Shown in pieces: positions 31,051 through 40,992 of a DNA stretch of 64,000 bases. This DNA comes from a virus. The notes under the pieces are model-generated. The model was not told the origin of the DNA and did not search any database. It worked only from the letters and a program-made list of their open reading frames with translations. The stretch lies in the IMG/VR virus record IMGVR_UViG_3300042691_015921, one strand, 5' to 3'. A program made the position numbers and the translations under genes. Position 1 is the stretch's first letter. Each line of letters begins with the position of its first letter.

Positions 31051-32081
31051 TCTGATATCATATCCTTAACTTGTTTTTTGATTAATTCAAAAATATCTTT
31101 ACGTTCTACCAAAAATTCATAAACCTTAGATTGTCCTTGGAATTTTGGAGATTCTTTGAACTCTTCCAAAGTCGATAAAAGGGGGATGCTGTACCAAGAA
31201 CCGGCCTTTTCTATAATTCCAAAAGATTCTGCTAATTCAATAACTTCTTTTTCTTTATCAATACCTTTATTGAACTTGATATAGCTAATGCATTCAGTTC
31301 CAGAAGCACCCATTGCCGAGCAACTAATTTTCCAATGAACTAATTGTCCAATTTTCTTTCCATTTTCTTCCCAGGGTTCTATCTTGGCAATATCTAATCT
31401 GGTATCGGCCGCATATTGTACCTGACCACCACAATCCGGAATCTTTATTTTACCGTATCCAGATGTGTTAGTAATATAGTGGGTGATTATTAGAAGTATA
31501 ATTTTATTCTTGACAATAGTTTGAGCATTCTTTTTGATCCAGTGTGAAAGTAATTTTGGTAAACTAGCACGGATTGTAGCAGAACTACTTTCTTCAAGTT
31601 CTGACCTTGGAACTAATGAAGAACAAGAATCTATCACGCAAACAGCACCAGCATTTTCTGGACGCTTTAAGAGACTTTCTGCAATATCAAGAAAATCTTC
31701 CGCAGATAGTGCCTCTCCGTCCTCTGGGCTATGTACAATCTGTATTTTTTCCAGATCTAGACCTTGTGTTCCAACTAGATTATAAGCTTTTAGACGGCTT
31801 TCTCCGTCAATATAAATTACCGGCCGGCCTTCATCTTGTGCGTTTTTACATACCTGTAAACAGGTTGTACTCTTGCCAGTTTTTGGATCTCCAGAAATAA
31901 TAGTCCAACTTCCCTCAAGAAGTCCACCATTCAATGCTAAATCTAATGCGGGACTTACAGTAATAGATTTTAGAGTTTTTTTTGCGGTTATTAATTCAGA
32001 ACCTCTAGATACAACTTTCCCGAATGCTTTTTGTATAGCTTTATCATTACTTAAATCAAGTTTCTTCTTTTCTTTAGACAT
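31047..32081 (-). CDS. recA: RecA/UvsX-like recombinase
   Basis: SPALDLALNGG; Walker A GDPKTGKST; VIDS; KAGSWYS; FQG. Confidence 0.9.
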   Translation of the reverse strand: MSKEKKKLDLSNDKAIQKAFGKVVSRGSELITAKKTLKSITVSPALDLALNGGLLEGSWTIISGDPKTGKSTTCLQVCKNAQDEGRPVIYIDGESRLKAYNLVGTQGLDLEKIQIVHSPEDGEALSAEDFLDIAESLLKRPENAGAVCVIDSCSSLVPRSELEESSSATIRASLPKLLSHWIKKNAQTIVKNKIILLIITHYITNTSGYGKIKIPDCGGQVQYAADTRLDIAKIEPWEENGKKIGQLVHWKISCSAMGASGTECISYIKFNKGIDKEKEVIELAESFGIIEKAGSWYSIPLLSTLEEFKESPKFQGQSKVYEFLVERKDIFELIKKQVKDMISE

Positions 32082-32085
32082 AAAT

Positions 32086-32583
32086 TTATAAATCCTTCAA
32101 TATATTTTTTTTACCAGAACGAAACGGCTTTGATATCTTTTCTGGTTCATTATAGCTTTCAATCAGTTCTTTATCAACGCGAGCGTTCTCAAACTTTTGA
32201 ATGATAGGCTCAAGCTTTTTATCCTGTAGTTTAAAGATAAACTTAGCCTCATCAGATTTCAATGCCTTAATAATAGAGTCGGCATTAAACCTTTTTAACA
32301 ATTTTGCAGCAGCAATGACTTGGCCTTTATAGGCACCATGCAATTTATTTCCAGTAATCCAGAATCTTTCTGGACATTTGCCGCTGTTAAAGAACTCATT
32401 CCTTTTATCAAAAATAGTTTCAGCAAGGAAATTAGACGCAGTGATGTATCCTTCTTTGTACTTAGACTTGAAAGGAGTTTTATCACTGCGTTCTTTTGGT
32501 TTGTTCTGTTTTCTACTTGTTGCCTCTGATTCTGTGGATGTGTTCAGAGAGCGGTCTGGTGGCTGTTTTTTTTGTCGCTTCAC
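32086..32583 (-). CDS. Hypothetical protein
   Basis: ORF in co-oriented operon. Confidence 0.6.
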   Translation of the reverse strand: MKRQKKQPPDRSLNTSTESEATSRKQNKPKERSDKTPFKSKYKEGYITASNFLAETIFDKRNEFFNSGKCPERFWITGNKLHGAYKGQVIAAAKLLKRFNADSIIKALKSDEAKFIFKLQDKKLEPIIQKFENARVDKELIESYNEPEKISKPFRSGKKNILKDL

Positions 32584-32827
32584 CTCGTTCCGATGCCTCC
32601 TTACTCATAATAGCATAGCCTCTTTTACTGTTGACCATCATCAACTTATCTATTGTATCTGGTCGCTTCACTTTGTCAAGACACTCTTTGTAGTAAGCTT
32701 CGGCATATTCTGGACTACACTTTAGGTCTTCGCAAATAGATTCAAGAGTCATTTTATGACAGTTATGTTCTATATAAAATTTTTCTACTATGCATAAATC
32801 ATGTGTTTGCTTTTTTGCTTTAGCCAT
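32513..32827 (-). CDS. Hypothetical protein
   Basis: ORF in co-oriented operon. Confidence 0.6.
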   Translation of the reverse strand: MAKAKKQTHDLCIVEKFYIEHNCHKMTLESICEDLKCSPEYAEAYYKECLDKVKRPDTIDKLMMVNSKRGYAIMSKEASERGEATKKTATRPLSEHIHRIRGNK

Positions 32828-32831
32828 TCTA

Positions 32832-33047
32832 TCACTCCTCTAATATAGCTTTAATTTTCTTTATCTTAGTTTTAATATCATTTAGACAATCTATATAAGA
32901 ATTATGTTTCTTCTTATATTCAATCACAAAATTTTCTTGTTCTAAAAACTTTAACTCATCTTGATTTAGTGATCTTAAGAAGATATTAGTGTCATGATAT
33001 TCTCCAATATTAGGACTAATTAATATCACAGAATCAATATTTTCCAT
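32832..33047 (-). CDS. Hypothetical protein
   Basis: ORF overlapping the end of the upstream gene. Confidence 0.5.
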   Translation of the reverse strand: MENIDSVILISPNIGEYHDTNIFLRSLNQDELKFLEQENFVIEYKKKHNSYIDCLNDIKTKIKKIKAILEE

Positions 33048-33381
33048 CTTCTATGTATCTCCTTTTTTGTTCCTCATTCATAGAATTAATTTTAGATCTA
33101 ATTTCTTTTTTAGCTTCTTTAAGTGCTTCCTTCTTGCTGTCTTTATCTTTTAGAGATAATTCCTGCACTTTAGTTTTGCCCATTTTCTTAGAATTCTTTT
33201 CAGCTAATTGTCCGACAGTTGTAGGTTCTCCTTTTACAAAAACATATGGAATATGAATAACTCTATATAGAGTATCTTTTTCACAATTACTACATCTAAC
33301 CAGTGAATCTGACTTGATAGACTGATACACATCAGTCATTTCGTATTCACAGTTACTACATTTATAGTCATAATTTGGCAT
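33034..33381 (-). CDS. FmdB-family zinc ribbon protein
   Basis: MPNYDYKCSNC...CSNC signature. Confidence 0.8.
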   Translation of the reverse strand: MPNYDYKCSNCEYEMTDVYQSIKSDSLVRCSNCEKDTLYRVIHIPYVFVKGEPTTVGQLAEKNSKKMGKTKVQELSLKDKDSKKEALKEAKKEIRSKINSMNEEQKRRYIEDGKY

Positions 33382-34076
33382 TATTCCTCCAGTGCGTCCA
33401 ATACTCTGCCGAGTATTCCATTTCTCTGTATGTCATCTTTTGTCAGTCTACATATTCCAATACCTTCAATAGATGACAGTTTTGACAGAATAGTGCTAAG
33501 GCCGGTCATTTTTTTAATATCATGCTGTTTAATATCGCCGTTAACAATAACTTTTGAGTTTTTGCCCATTCTTGTTATAAACATTTTGATCTGTTCTAAA
33601 GTACAGTTTTGTGCCTCGTCTAGAATCATAAGAGAATTATGAAATGTGGCACCACGCATTAATTCTAATGGTTCATATCTAATACGTTCTTCATTAAAAT
33701 ATTTTCCATAATATATAGGACCAAAAAAGTCTTTTATATTTTCTTCTAATGGTTTAAAATATGGTGCTATCTTTTCTTTAAGTTCTCCCGGAACAGCACC
33801 AATGTCTTTTCCGGCAGCAACTAGAGGCCTAGTAGCGATTATCTGATTATAATTTCCAGAGTGTAAAAATTGTGCAAATAATCCAGCAGAAATATAAGAT
33901 TTACCACACCCCGCTGGACCAACGCATATAGTGATATCATTATTTAATATTGAATCTATATAGTTTTGATGATTTGCTGTTTTAGCCTCAACGGTTTTTA
34001 TTACACTTCTTTTATCTTGCTCTGCCTGCTTTTTGGTCTTGACCACTCTCTGATTTTTAGGTCTGCTTTTTCTCAT
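33381..34076 (-). CDS. phoH: PhoH-family ATPase
   Basis: GPAGCGKSY; MRGATF; ILDEAQN; GDIKQHD. Confidence 0.95.
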   Translation of the reverse strand: MRKSRPKNQRVVKTKKQAEQDKRSVIKTVEAKTANHQNYIDSILNNDITICVGPAGCGKSYISAGLFAQFLHSGNYNQIIATRPLVAAGKDIGAVPGELKEKIAPYFKPLEENIKDFFGPIYYGKYFNEERIRYEPLELMRGATFHNSLMILDEAQNCTLEQIKMFITRMGKNSKVIVNGDIKQHDIKKMTGLSTILSKLSSIEGIGICRLTKDDIQRNGILGRVLDALEE

Positions 34077-34137
34077 GGTGTCTTCTTTATTAGAGTTGTG
34101 TTAATTTATTGAACACTAGATTATCTATCGTTTTCTT

Positions 34138-34452
34138 TTATAGAGAGTCCGACATTTGGCTCTTGATAAAGGATATCATGTCTAAAAGATTGATTTGTTC
34201 TACTCTGTTGTTATCAGAAGCTTGTAACATAGGCTGTCCTTCTTTGTCTACAAAAATACAAATGCCGTGAGCAAGTTTATTAAACTTATTATGATGAACA
34301 GAAAAACCTGCGTATTGACTGCTCTCATTTGGATTCACTTCTAGTCCTAGACTAACTTCTGAATTTCCAACCCATACTCCCTTGCCTTTTTTGTCTTTAG
34401 TCTCGTAGGTCGCTAGCACCTTGCTTAGTGCTGATTTTACTAATTTTGACAT
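34138..34452 (-). CDS. Hypothetical protein
   Basis: Strong SD AGGAG. Confidence 0.65.
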   Translation of the reverse strand: MSKLVKSALSKVLATYETKDKKGKGVWVGNSEVSLGLEVNPNESSQYAGFSVHHNKFNKLAHGICIFVDKEGQPMLQASDNNRVEQINLLDMISFIKSQMSDSL

Positions 34453-34477
34453 TATTATATATCTCCTTTTTGTTTAA

Positions 34478-35419
34478 TTATGCTAGATCAGACACATCTG
34501 TTTTAGACCAAAACTTACAACTCCAATATCTAGCTTTCCATTTTGGTCCTGGGCTAGTATCGCATTGGTGTCTAGCACGGAACCTTTTTCTGCTTTCTGG
34601 ATCATCTCTTTTTATAGACATGTTTGGATCACCAAAGTTTACTTTTACAACATTACCCTTATCATTCTTAACATATACTGAGAACTTTTTTGGACCCTTT
34701 GGCGTTCTAAAGGGTTTATTTAGTTGAACTTTTTTGCCTTTGTTTTCAGCAGCGTACAATGTTGGCATTGCTTCTGTTTCTGGACCTTCCATTTCAGAAG
34801 GTTCTTCTACTTCGTCTTCATCCTCTTCTTCTGAATATTCATCTGTTTTACTAGCATAGAATACAGAGTCAAATATTGCTTCGATATAATGTTCTGCTTT
34901 TGAAATTTTATCTTTAGCCCATTCTTCAAATTCAACGGGAACTGATTCTAAAAGTTTAACAAGCATCATTAATTGTTGATGCATCTTATTAATTTGATTA
35001 ACCTGCATTGAATTATCTTCATCAGATTGTGCCTTTTTCCAAGATGTTGGGTCTGGCCTGTCTTTATCTCCGGGCTTTGCGGGCTTATAATTTTTACCTT
35101 CTCTCTTCTTCTTCTTACGGATGTTTTCCCAAAGTCCAGGCTTTTCATCTTCTCCGATAATATAAACTTCTGGCTGTTCATCAAAATCAAGATATTCCGA
35201 ATCACTAGGAATATAATCTATAATGGATTCAGTTGACCCAAAAGTTTGTTCATAATAGGTATCTTCTACTTGTTGTAGCTGTGACCCTTTTGCTGAACTC
35301 TGGCATACAGCATATCTTTGTGCATTATCTGGATAATCCTTGTTCATTGTAGAATCGCCCATACATCTAGATAAAAAATCTGCCCTGTCTTCATCTTTTC
35401 TTCTTTTTGGAATTGGCAT
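34478..35419 (-). CDS. Mosaic protein of short basic modules and acidic linkers
   Basis: PIPKRR..FLSRCM; GLWENIRKK; LNKPFR..KKFSVYV..FGDP..RARHQC..YWSC modules. Confidence 0.6.
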   Translation of the reverse strand: MPIPKRRKDEDRADFLSRCMGDSTMNKDYPDNAQRYAVCQSSAKGSQLQQVEDTYYEQTFGSTESIIDYIPSDSEYLDFDEQPEVYIIGEDEKPGLWENIRKKKKREGKNYKPAKPGDKDRPDPTSWKKAQSDEDNSMQVNQINKMHQQLMMLVKLLESVPVEFEEWAKDKISKAEHYIEAIFDSVFYASKTDEYSEEEDEDEVEEPSEMEGPETEAMPTLYAAENKGKKVQLNKPFRTPKGPKKFSVYVKNDKGNVVKVNFGDPNMSIKRDDPESRKRFRARHQCDTSPGPKWKARYWSCKFWSKTDVSDLA

Positions 35420-35427
35420 AGTTTACC

Positions 35428-35730
35428 TCATAGATCTTTTTCTTTAACGAATACGCCATCAATCATTTTGCCTTTACGATCTTTAATATCATTGTAAGCT
35501 TGCTCTAGGCATTCTTCCAGCGTAATCTTATTTCTTGCGGTTAAATTTAACATAACAACTAACATATCGCCTATATCATCACGAATATCTCGGCCCTTAC
35601 AAACACTATCTGATAATTCTCCAAGTTCTTGTAGCAGTTTTAGAGTTTGATCTTTATCACTACTTCCATCAATTAGATTTCTATCATGGTGCCATGTAAC
35701 TACTTTATCAATCAAATCATTCAAATTCAT
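35428..35730 (-). CDS. MazG-like nucleotide pyrophosphohydrolase
   Basis: KLLQELGEL..DDIGDMLV..CLEQAYNDIKDRKG. Confidence 0.85.
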   Translation of the reverse strand: MNLNDLIDKVVTWHHDRNLIDGSSDKDQTLKLLQELGELSDSVCKGRDIRDDIGDMLVVMLNLTARNKITLEECLEQAYNDIKDRKGKMIDGVFVKEKDL

Positions 35731-36809
35731 AGTGTCATATCTCCAAAGTCAATATCGCTCAAATCGTTTTTACTTGCACCAATTTTATATGAAGTTATTT
35801 CATGTTCTTGTGGTGCTACTTGTACGCTTTCGCTATTCATCCAGGGCTCTGTCCATCCAGCGATAGGATTCTTTCCAACGCTTTCATATGGAAGGCCAAT
35901 GTTCTTACGCCTTGACATACAGAGCCAATCAATATACTGATGTAATACATTTTCATTCAGTCCAATGATAGAGCCGTCTTTAAATAGATAAGATGCCCAT
36001 TCTTTTTCTTCCTGTGCGGCACTTTCAAACATTTTGATAGCTAGTTCTTCGCACTGCTTGGCTGTTTGGACAAAACCCTCAGACTCTTCCCTTTGTAGAA
36101 TTTTGATTATTTCCTGAGTATTCTTAAGATGTAGAGCCTCGTCACGCTTTATCAACTTTATTATATCTGCGTTGCCAGCCATCTTCTTATTTTCTGCAAA
36201 AGCAAAAGAGCAAACAAAACTTACATAAAATCTTACTGCTTCAAGTATATTAATACTTACCAATGTCATATAGATTTGTTTTTTTAGATCGGCAGTTTTA
36301 GTGCTACCTGAATCCATGCCCATTAAATTGTTATAGTCTTCAATTGCTCTCTTCGCTCTTTTAATGATTTCAATATCATCATAGATACCGCCAAATACTT
36401 CTGAACTATCAGAATATACATTTTGTATAATATAACTATAACTTTGTGAATGAATTTTTTCAAAAAATTGCCATGTCATTAGACATGCTTCTAGTTCAGT
36501 ATTTGTAACATATTCTAGTAAAGTGGGAACTCCTCGACAGATAACACTATCAAGCATTGTTTGATACTTAAGATTAGATGTGAATATAAACTTCTCGTTT
36601 TTACTTAGAGTCTGAAAATCAGATCTATCTTTCTTAAGTTCTATTTCCTCTGGACGCCAGAAGTTCATCATCTGCTTACTATCAAGTTCTTTAAATATTG
36701 GATATTTAACTATATCATACCTCTGCACACCAAGATCTTTACCAAGGAATAGAGGCTGAGTCATTGGATCAACGTTCTTTGTATTAAAGATTGTTTTCAT
36801 ATTGCACAA
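35727..36809 (-). CDS. nrdB: Ribonucleotide reductase class Ia beta subunit; likely start at 36800
   Basis: FWRPEE; EKIHSQSY; LEAVRFYVSF; RDEALH; VAPQEHEITSY. Confidence 0.95.
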   Translation of the reverse strand: MCNMKTIFNTKNVDPMTQPLFLGKDLGVQRYDIVKYPIFKELDSKQMMNFWRPEEIELKKDRSDFQTLSKNEKFIFTSNLKYQTMLDSVICRGVPTLLEYVTNTELEACLMTWQFFEKIHSQSYSYIIQNVYSDSSEVFGGIYDDIEIIKRAKRAIEDYNNLMGMDSGSTKTADLKKQIYMTLVSINILEAVRFYVSFVCSFAFAENKKMAGNADIIKLIKRDEALHLKNTQEIIKILQREESEGFVQTAKQCEELAIKMFESAAQEEKEWASYLFKDGSIIGLNENVLHQYIDWLCMSRRKNIGLPYESVGKNPIAGWTEPWMNSESVQVAPQEHEITSYKIGASKNDLSDIDFGDMTL

Positions 36810-39025
36810 CTCCCACTTTCACAATTTGTTTCTTTTTCTGTTTCGCCGTCACCATCTGGAGAATTAGCATAGTAGAAATTCTTGATCCCATACTTATAAC
36901 CATAGATTTGATCTTTTATCAAAACACTCAATGGAATATTTCCATCTGGATAATGTGCATAATTATAATAAAGATTAACACTTATACTCATGTCTACAAA
37001 CTTCTGGATAATAGCAGCTATATTTAATATAGACTTATTATCTTTTAGGTTCCATGCAATTGTATAGTAATTTTTACGGGTATAGAAGTTTGGAACCAAC
37101 TGCTTTAGCACACCATTCTTCGCCTTTTTATATGACAATAGATTTCTTACAGGCTCTATACCATTGGTGCTATTCTGTATGACAGAACTGCTCTCACATG
37201 GCATTATAGCCGATAAAGTTGAGTGTCGCAATCCAAATCTTGCAACCCTATCCCGTAATGATTCCCAATCCATTTTGTACACTGGCTTGATAATTTCATC
37301 TACAGACTTCTTATACCAATCAATCGGTAATAATCCTTTAGCGTATTTTGTATCATTAAACTTTGGACATTTACCTTTTTCCTGTGCAAGTTCACAACTA
37401 GCATTAATTAAATGCCATTGAATTTTTTCCATAAGTTCATGTATAACCTGTAATGTCTCTGGATTATCATAGAATAACTTATTCTTAGCAAGAAATCCGG
37501 CGAGATTTGTTATTCCTATCCCAAGAGAGCGACGGTTCTTTGTAAAGTTTTCACCAGCTAATACTGGATAGTCTTGATAATCTATTACTGAGTCTAGAGT
37601 TCTTACGGCGATTCGGCAAGCCCTCTCAATATCGGAATCATCAGATAATTCAAGTACATTTAGTGCGGCTAGAATACAAATTCCAATTTCACCATTTGGA
37701 TCGTCAATAGATTGAATTGGCTTAGTTGGGTGTACTATTTCCTGGCAGAGATTTGACATATAACAAGGAATTGACCAAGATCCATGTTCATTAGCATTGT
37801 CAATATTCATTGTATAAATACGTCCAGTTTCTAGTCTTTCTCTAGAAAATATTTCTGCTAACTTACGAGATGAAATTTTCTTCTTAAATTTAATATGTCT
37901 TGAATTTTCATATTTTAGATATAAAGTTTCGAACTTTTCATTATTACCAAACGCCTCATATAATCCAACGGCTTCATGCGGACTGAATAGAGTAATGTCT
38001 TCATTCTTAATCAATCTATCATAAAATAGCTTGCAGAATTGTATGGAATAATCCAGCTTTCTAACTCTATTATCGTCTGTTCCAGCATTATTTTTGAGAA
38101 CTAGAATATCTTCAATTTCATAATGCCAAAATGGAACATGAACCGTAGCAGAACCGCCACGTAGTCCGTTTTGGCTAGTAGACTTTACTGCTGATTCGAA
38201 GTTCTTTAAATAGGGAATAAGTCCAGTATGGATTACTTCACCGCCGCGAATTGGAGAATTGATAGGACGCATTCTTCCAATATTTAATCCAATACCGGCA
38301 CGACGGGCAGTATATTTGCCTACGGCATGAAGGCTGGAGAATATAGCGTCTAGATTATCGTCAACGTCAACTAGGACGCAACTAGCAAACTGGCGGATAT
38401 TAGTTCTTACGCCGGCCATAATAGGTGTTGGCAAATTGACTTGGAATGTAGAATAGCAATCGTAGGCTTCCTTTACTTCCTCTATGGTATTAAATAGACA
38501 CATAGCAATACACATATATGCAAACTGAGGAGTCTCATATATTTTGCTAGTAGTTCTATTCTTTACTAGATATTTATCAATTAATTGCTGTAGACCAGAG
38601 TATGTAAATAGATTATCTCTATCGTGATTTATAAGTTTTTCAATAGTTCTAACGTCATCATTTGACCATTTTTGTAAAATAATCTGATCGTATACTCCGT
38701 TATCAACATTTAGTTGTAAGAAATGAAGAAAGTCCATTGGCTTATCACCATATCCCCAAACCGTCTTTCTTAGGTGCATATTTAGTAGTCTAGCAGCTAC
38801 ATATTGATAATTTGGAGACGATGTAGATATCAGGTCATTGGCGGATTTAATCAATATCTGATGGATTTCCTCACTAGTAATGCCATCGTATAATGCAAGA
38901 TTTGCATTCATTTCAATATCAGAAAATGATACGCCAGATATATCATTAGTAGCCCATTCTAGAACCTTATGGATTTTCTCAACAGAAAACTCTTCTTTCT
39001 CCCCATTCCTTTTTTGCACTTTCAT
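36797..39025 (-). CDS. nrdA: Ribonucleotide reductase class Ia alpha subunit with ATP cone
   Basis: VQKRNG ATP cone; PTPIMAG; SNLCQEI; CESGSCAI C-terminus. Confidence 0.97.
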   Translation of the reverse strand: MKVQKRNGEKEEFSVEKIHKVLEWATNDISGVSFSDIEMNANLALYDGITSEEIHQILIKSANDLISTSSPNYQYVAARLLNMHLRKTVWGYGDKPMDFLHFLQLNVDNGVYDQIILQKWSNDDVRTIEKLINHDRDNLFTYSGLQQLIDKYLVKNRTTSKIYETPQFAYMCIAMCLFNTIEEVKEAYDCYSTFQVNLPTPIMAGVRTNIRQFASCVLVDVDDNLDAIFSSLHAVGKYTARRAGIGLNIGRMRPINSPIRGGEVIHTGLIPYLKNFESAVKSTSQNGLRGGSATVHVPFWHYEIEDILVLKNNAGTDDNRVRKLDYSIQFCKLFYDRLIKNEDITLFSPHEAVGLYEAFGNNEKFETLYLKYENSRHIKFKKKISSRKLAEIFSRERLETGRIYTMNIDNANEHGSWSIPCYMSNLCQEIVHPTKPIQSIDDPNGEIGICILAALNVLELSDDSDIERACRIAVRTLDSVIDYQDYPVLAGENFTKNRRSLGIGITNLAGFLAKNKLFYDNPETLQVIHELMEKIQWHLINASCELAQEKGKCPKFNDTKYAKGLLPIDWYKKSVDEIIKPVYKMDWESLRDRVARFGLRHSTLSAIMPCESSSVIQNSTNGIEPVRNLLSYKKAKNGVLKQLVPNFYTRKNYYTIAWNLKDNKSILNIAAIIQKFVDMSISVNLYYNYAHYPDGNIPLSVLIKDQIYGYKYGIKNFYYANSPDGDGETEKETNCESGSCAI

Positions 39026-39046
39026 AATCGGTCCTTATTCGGTAAT

Positions 39047-39103
39047 AAAAAAACCCGTCCTTTATGCACGTTTCCTCACATGGAAGGAAGAGGTGCGACG
39101 GGT
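39047..39103 (-). terminator. Structured leader ending in a terminator-like hairpin upstream of nrdA
   Basis: ACCCGTC...GACGGGT stem followed by a U run; internal GCAC/GTGC and TTCCT/AGGAA stems. Confidence 0.6.
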
Positions 39104-39116
39104 ATGTTGGTTCACT

Positions 39117-39143
39117 ATTATATCTACTGTCTTCAAATGTCAA
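39117..39143 (-). promoter_or_regulatory. Sigma70-type promoter for the nrdAB leader
   Basis: TTGACA-N15-TATAAT. Confidence 0.65.
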
Positions 39144-39799
39144 GCCGTAAAATAAAGAGATGGCTTTTTGACAAGTTGATCTAAAAATCTCTTAACAACC
39201 CAATTGATGATAGCTGGGAGAAAGAAATATAGCAATATTAAAGCCACGGATGATGATTTTGGCTCTACTTTTTTAGAATTGATTATATTTTCATATACAA
39301 AGTTTTTGCAATCTTGATACAACTGATTTTTGCTTTTTTCATCGCATTGTTTGAAGTCCACTCCTCCATTGCTGGCAAGAGTAGCCCATTCATTTGCATA
39401 ATTCAATGCAAGTTCTGCAACTGTTTTTCTTTTATTGTCTGGATATTGTGTAGCAATTTCTTGTTTTATTTTTTCTAAATTTACAAGAGGAGGGCTTCCA
39501 AATCTTTGTTCACTAGTGTCTTCATTATATGAGAAATTAATATCTGGAAAATGCTTTAGCTTAATTGATCCTCCGTCTTGTCCCAATATTATTCCCTCTA
39601 CTTCTGCCTTAATAGAAAGAAATAATTTCTTTGTTTTTACAGCAGGTAAATTATTTAAGAATAATACTTGAACAGAGTTATCTTTCTTTTCAACTTTAAT
39701 AGTTGTTGAATTTGGAATAAAGATAGAAAATTTTGATATGGAATATCCATTTTTTGAAAAAGCTTGATATATAGCTTCTTTTATTTTAATTAGGTCCAT
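39140..39799 (-). CDS. Hypothetical protein with C-terminal TM helix
   Basis: VALILLYFFLPAIINWVV. Confidence 0.65.
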   Translation of the reverse strand: MDLIKIKEAIYQAFSKNGYSISKFSIFIPNSTTIKVEKKDNSVQVLFLNNLPAVKTKKLFLSIKAEVEGIILGQDGGSIKLKHFPDINFSYNEDTSEQRFGSPPLVNLEKIKQEIATQYPDNKRKTVAELALNYANEWATLASNGGVDFKQCDEKSKNQLYQDCKNFVYENIINSKKVEPKSSSVALILLYFFLPAIINWVVKRFLDQLVKKPSLYFTA

Positions 39800-39800
39800 T

Positions 39801-40271
39801 TCACTTTCTTTCTATTAGACACCATGATAGTCCAGAAAATAATTGCTTTAGAGTTTTCTTTTCATAGTCGGTGACTATATGGTTTTCATCAGCTAGAACT
39901 GACTGGAAAAGACTGGTTAATTCAGTAGATAGTTTTGGATATTTACCACGTAGAGAATCACCAAAAAACTTAGAAGCCGCTTTTACGTATAGATCATTTA
40001 TCTGCTGAGAATCTGTCTTATATTTGAGTATTCTTTCGCAGAATTCATAATTGAATAATGCTATTTTTGCCCTATCTTCATTCTCCGTAACTAGATCGGC
40101 AATTGGCCTAACTTTGTTTAGTATTTCTTCTGATGGTTTTTCAATATTCAATATTGAACTTACTTCATCAACCTCGTTTGGAACAATATTTGGAACGAAT
40201 TCTGGAACTGATCCAAAGAACACAAATACAATTAGTCCAATAGCGAAAATCGTCTTAAGAGTTTTAATCAT
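39801..40271 (-). CDS. Membrane-anchored hypothetical protein
   Basis: N-terminal hydrophobic helix followed by a Pro-containing linker. Confidence 0.65.
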   Translation of the reverse strand: MIKTLKTIFAIGLIVFVFFGSVPEFVPNIVPNEVDEVSSILNIEKPSEEILNKVRPIADLVTENEDRAKIALFNYEFCERILKYKTDSQQINDLYVKAASKFFGDSLRGKYPKLSTELTSLFQSVLADENHIVTDYEKKTLKQLFSGLSWCLIERK

Positions 40272-40272
40272 A

Positions 40273-40563
40273 TTATTTCTCCTCTAAATTATCATTTAGA
40301 AGCGGAAATACCTCGTCTAATTTTTGCGATGCTGAAACTAATTTTGACTCATCGCACCTTCTTTTTAGCAAGTACCACAATTCAAGAGTTTTTAGAAATT
40401 CAGCACTATTTTCTTTGTCTACAGCAGTATCTACATTAACAACCGTATTTGGACTGTCTTTAACTAAAAACTTTCCAATTAAGTAGGAGAAGTCTATATT
40501 GGATAGCAAAAGTCCTACGGCAATTACTAGGGCAATGCCCTTTATTATAAGGTTCGTGTCCAT
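40273..40563 (-). CDS. Small membrane protein
   Basis: N-terminal TM helix. Confidence 0.65.
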   Translation of the reverse strand: MDTNLIIKGIALVIAVGLLLSNIDFSYLIGKFLVKDSPNTVVNVDTAVDKENSAEFLKTLELWYLLKRRCDESKLVSASQKLDEVFPLLNDNLEEK

Positions 40564-40979
40564 TACTTGATCTCAACTTTCTTGCATTGGCATGGTTTGC
40601 AACCGCATTTTGTTTCACATTGGCATGTAGTTTTTGTTGTCATCAAATTGCATTTTCCATCTGGGCAATTTTTAACCTGTGGAAGATCTTGCTTGGAATG
40701 ATATGGGCATGGGGTTGTATGAGTATCTCCATGGATAACTATTCCTGTGCCTTTACAAGCACATTTTTTAGGATCTGGATCGGTAACTGGACCATCATCT
40801 GGTTTTGGAACCGGTAGTATATTATATACTTCCTTTTCAGCAGAGTCAAATGCATTAGATATTTCTAGTCTCCATTTGCTCGCTAGGCTAGAATAATTTT
40901 GCAATATATCTTCGCTAAAACAATTCAATGAATAGCTAGCCAATAGAAATGTCGATATTAGTATTATATTTTTTTTCAT
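40563..40979 (-). CDS. Secreted Cys-rich protein
   Basis: Signal peptide; CACKGTG...CPYH; C-terminal CQCETKCGCKPCQC. Confidence 0.65.
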   Translation of the reverse strand: MKKNIILISTFLLASYSLNCFSEDILQNYSSLASKWRLEISNAFDSAEKEVYNILPVPKPDDGPVTDPDPKKCACKGTGIVIHGDTHTTPCPYHSKQDLPQVKNCPDGKCNLMTTKTTCQCETKCGCKPCQCKKVEIK

Positions 40980-40992
40980 TTTTATTCCAATA

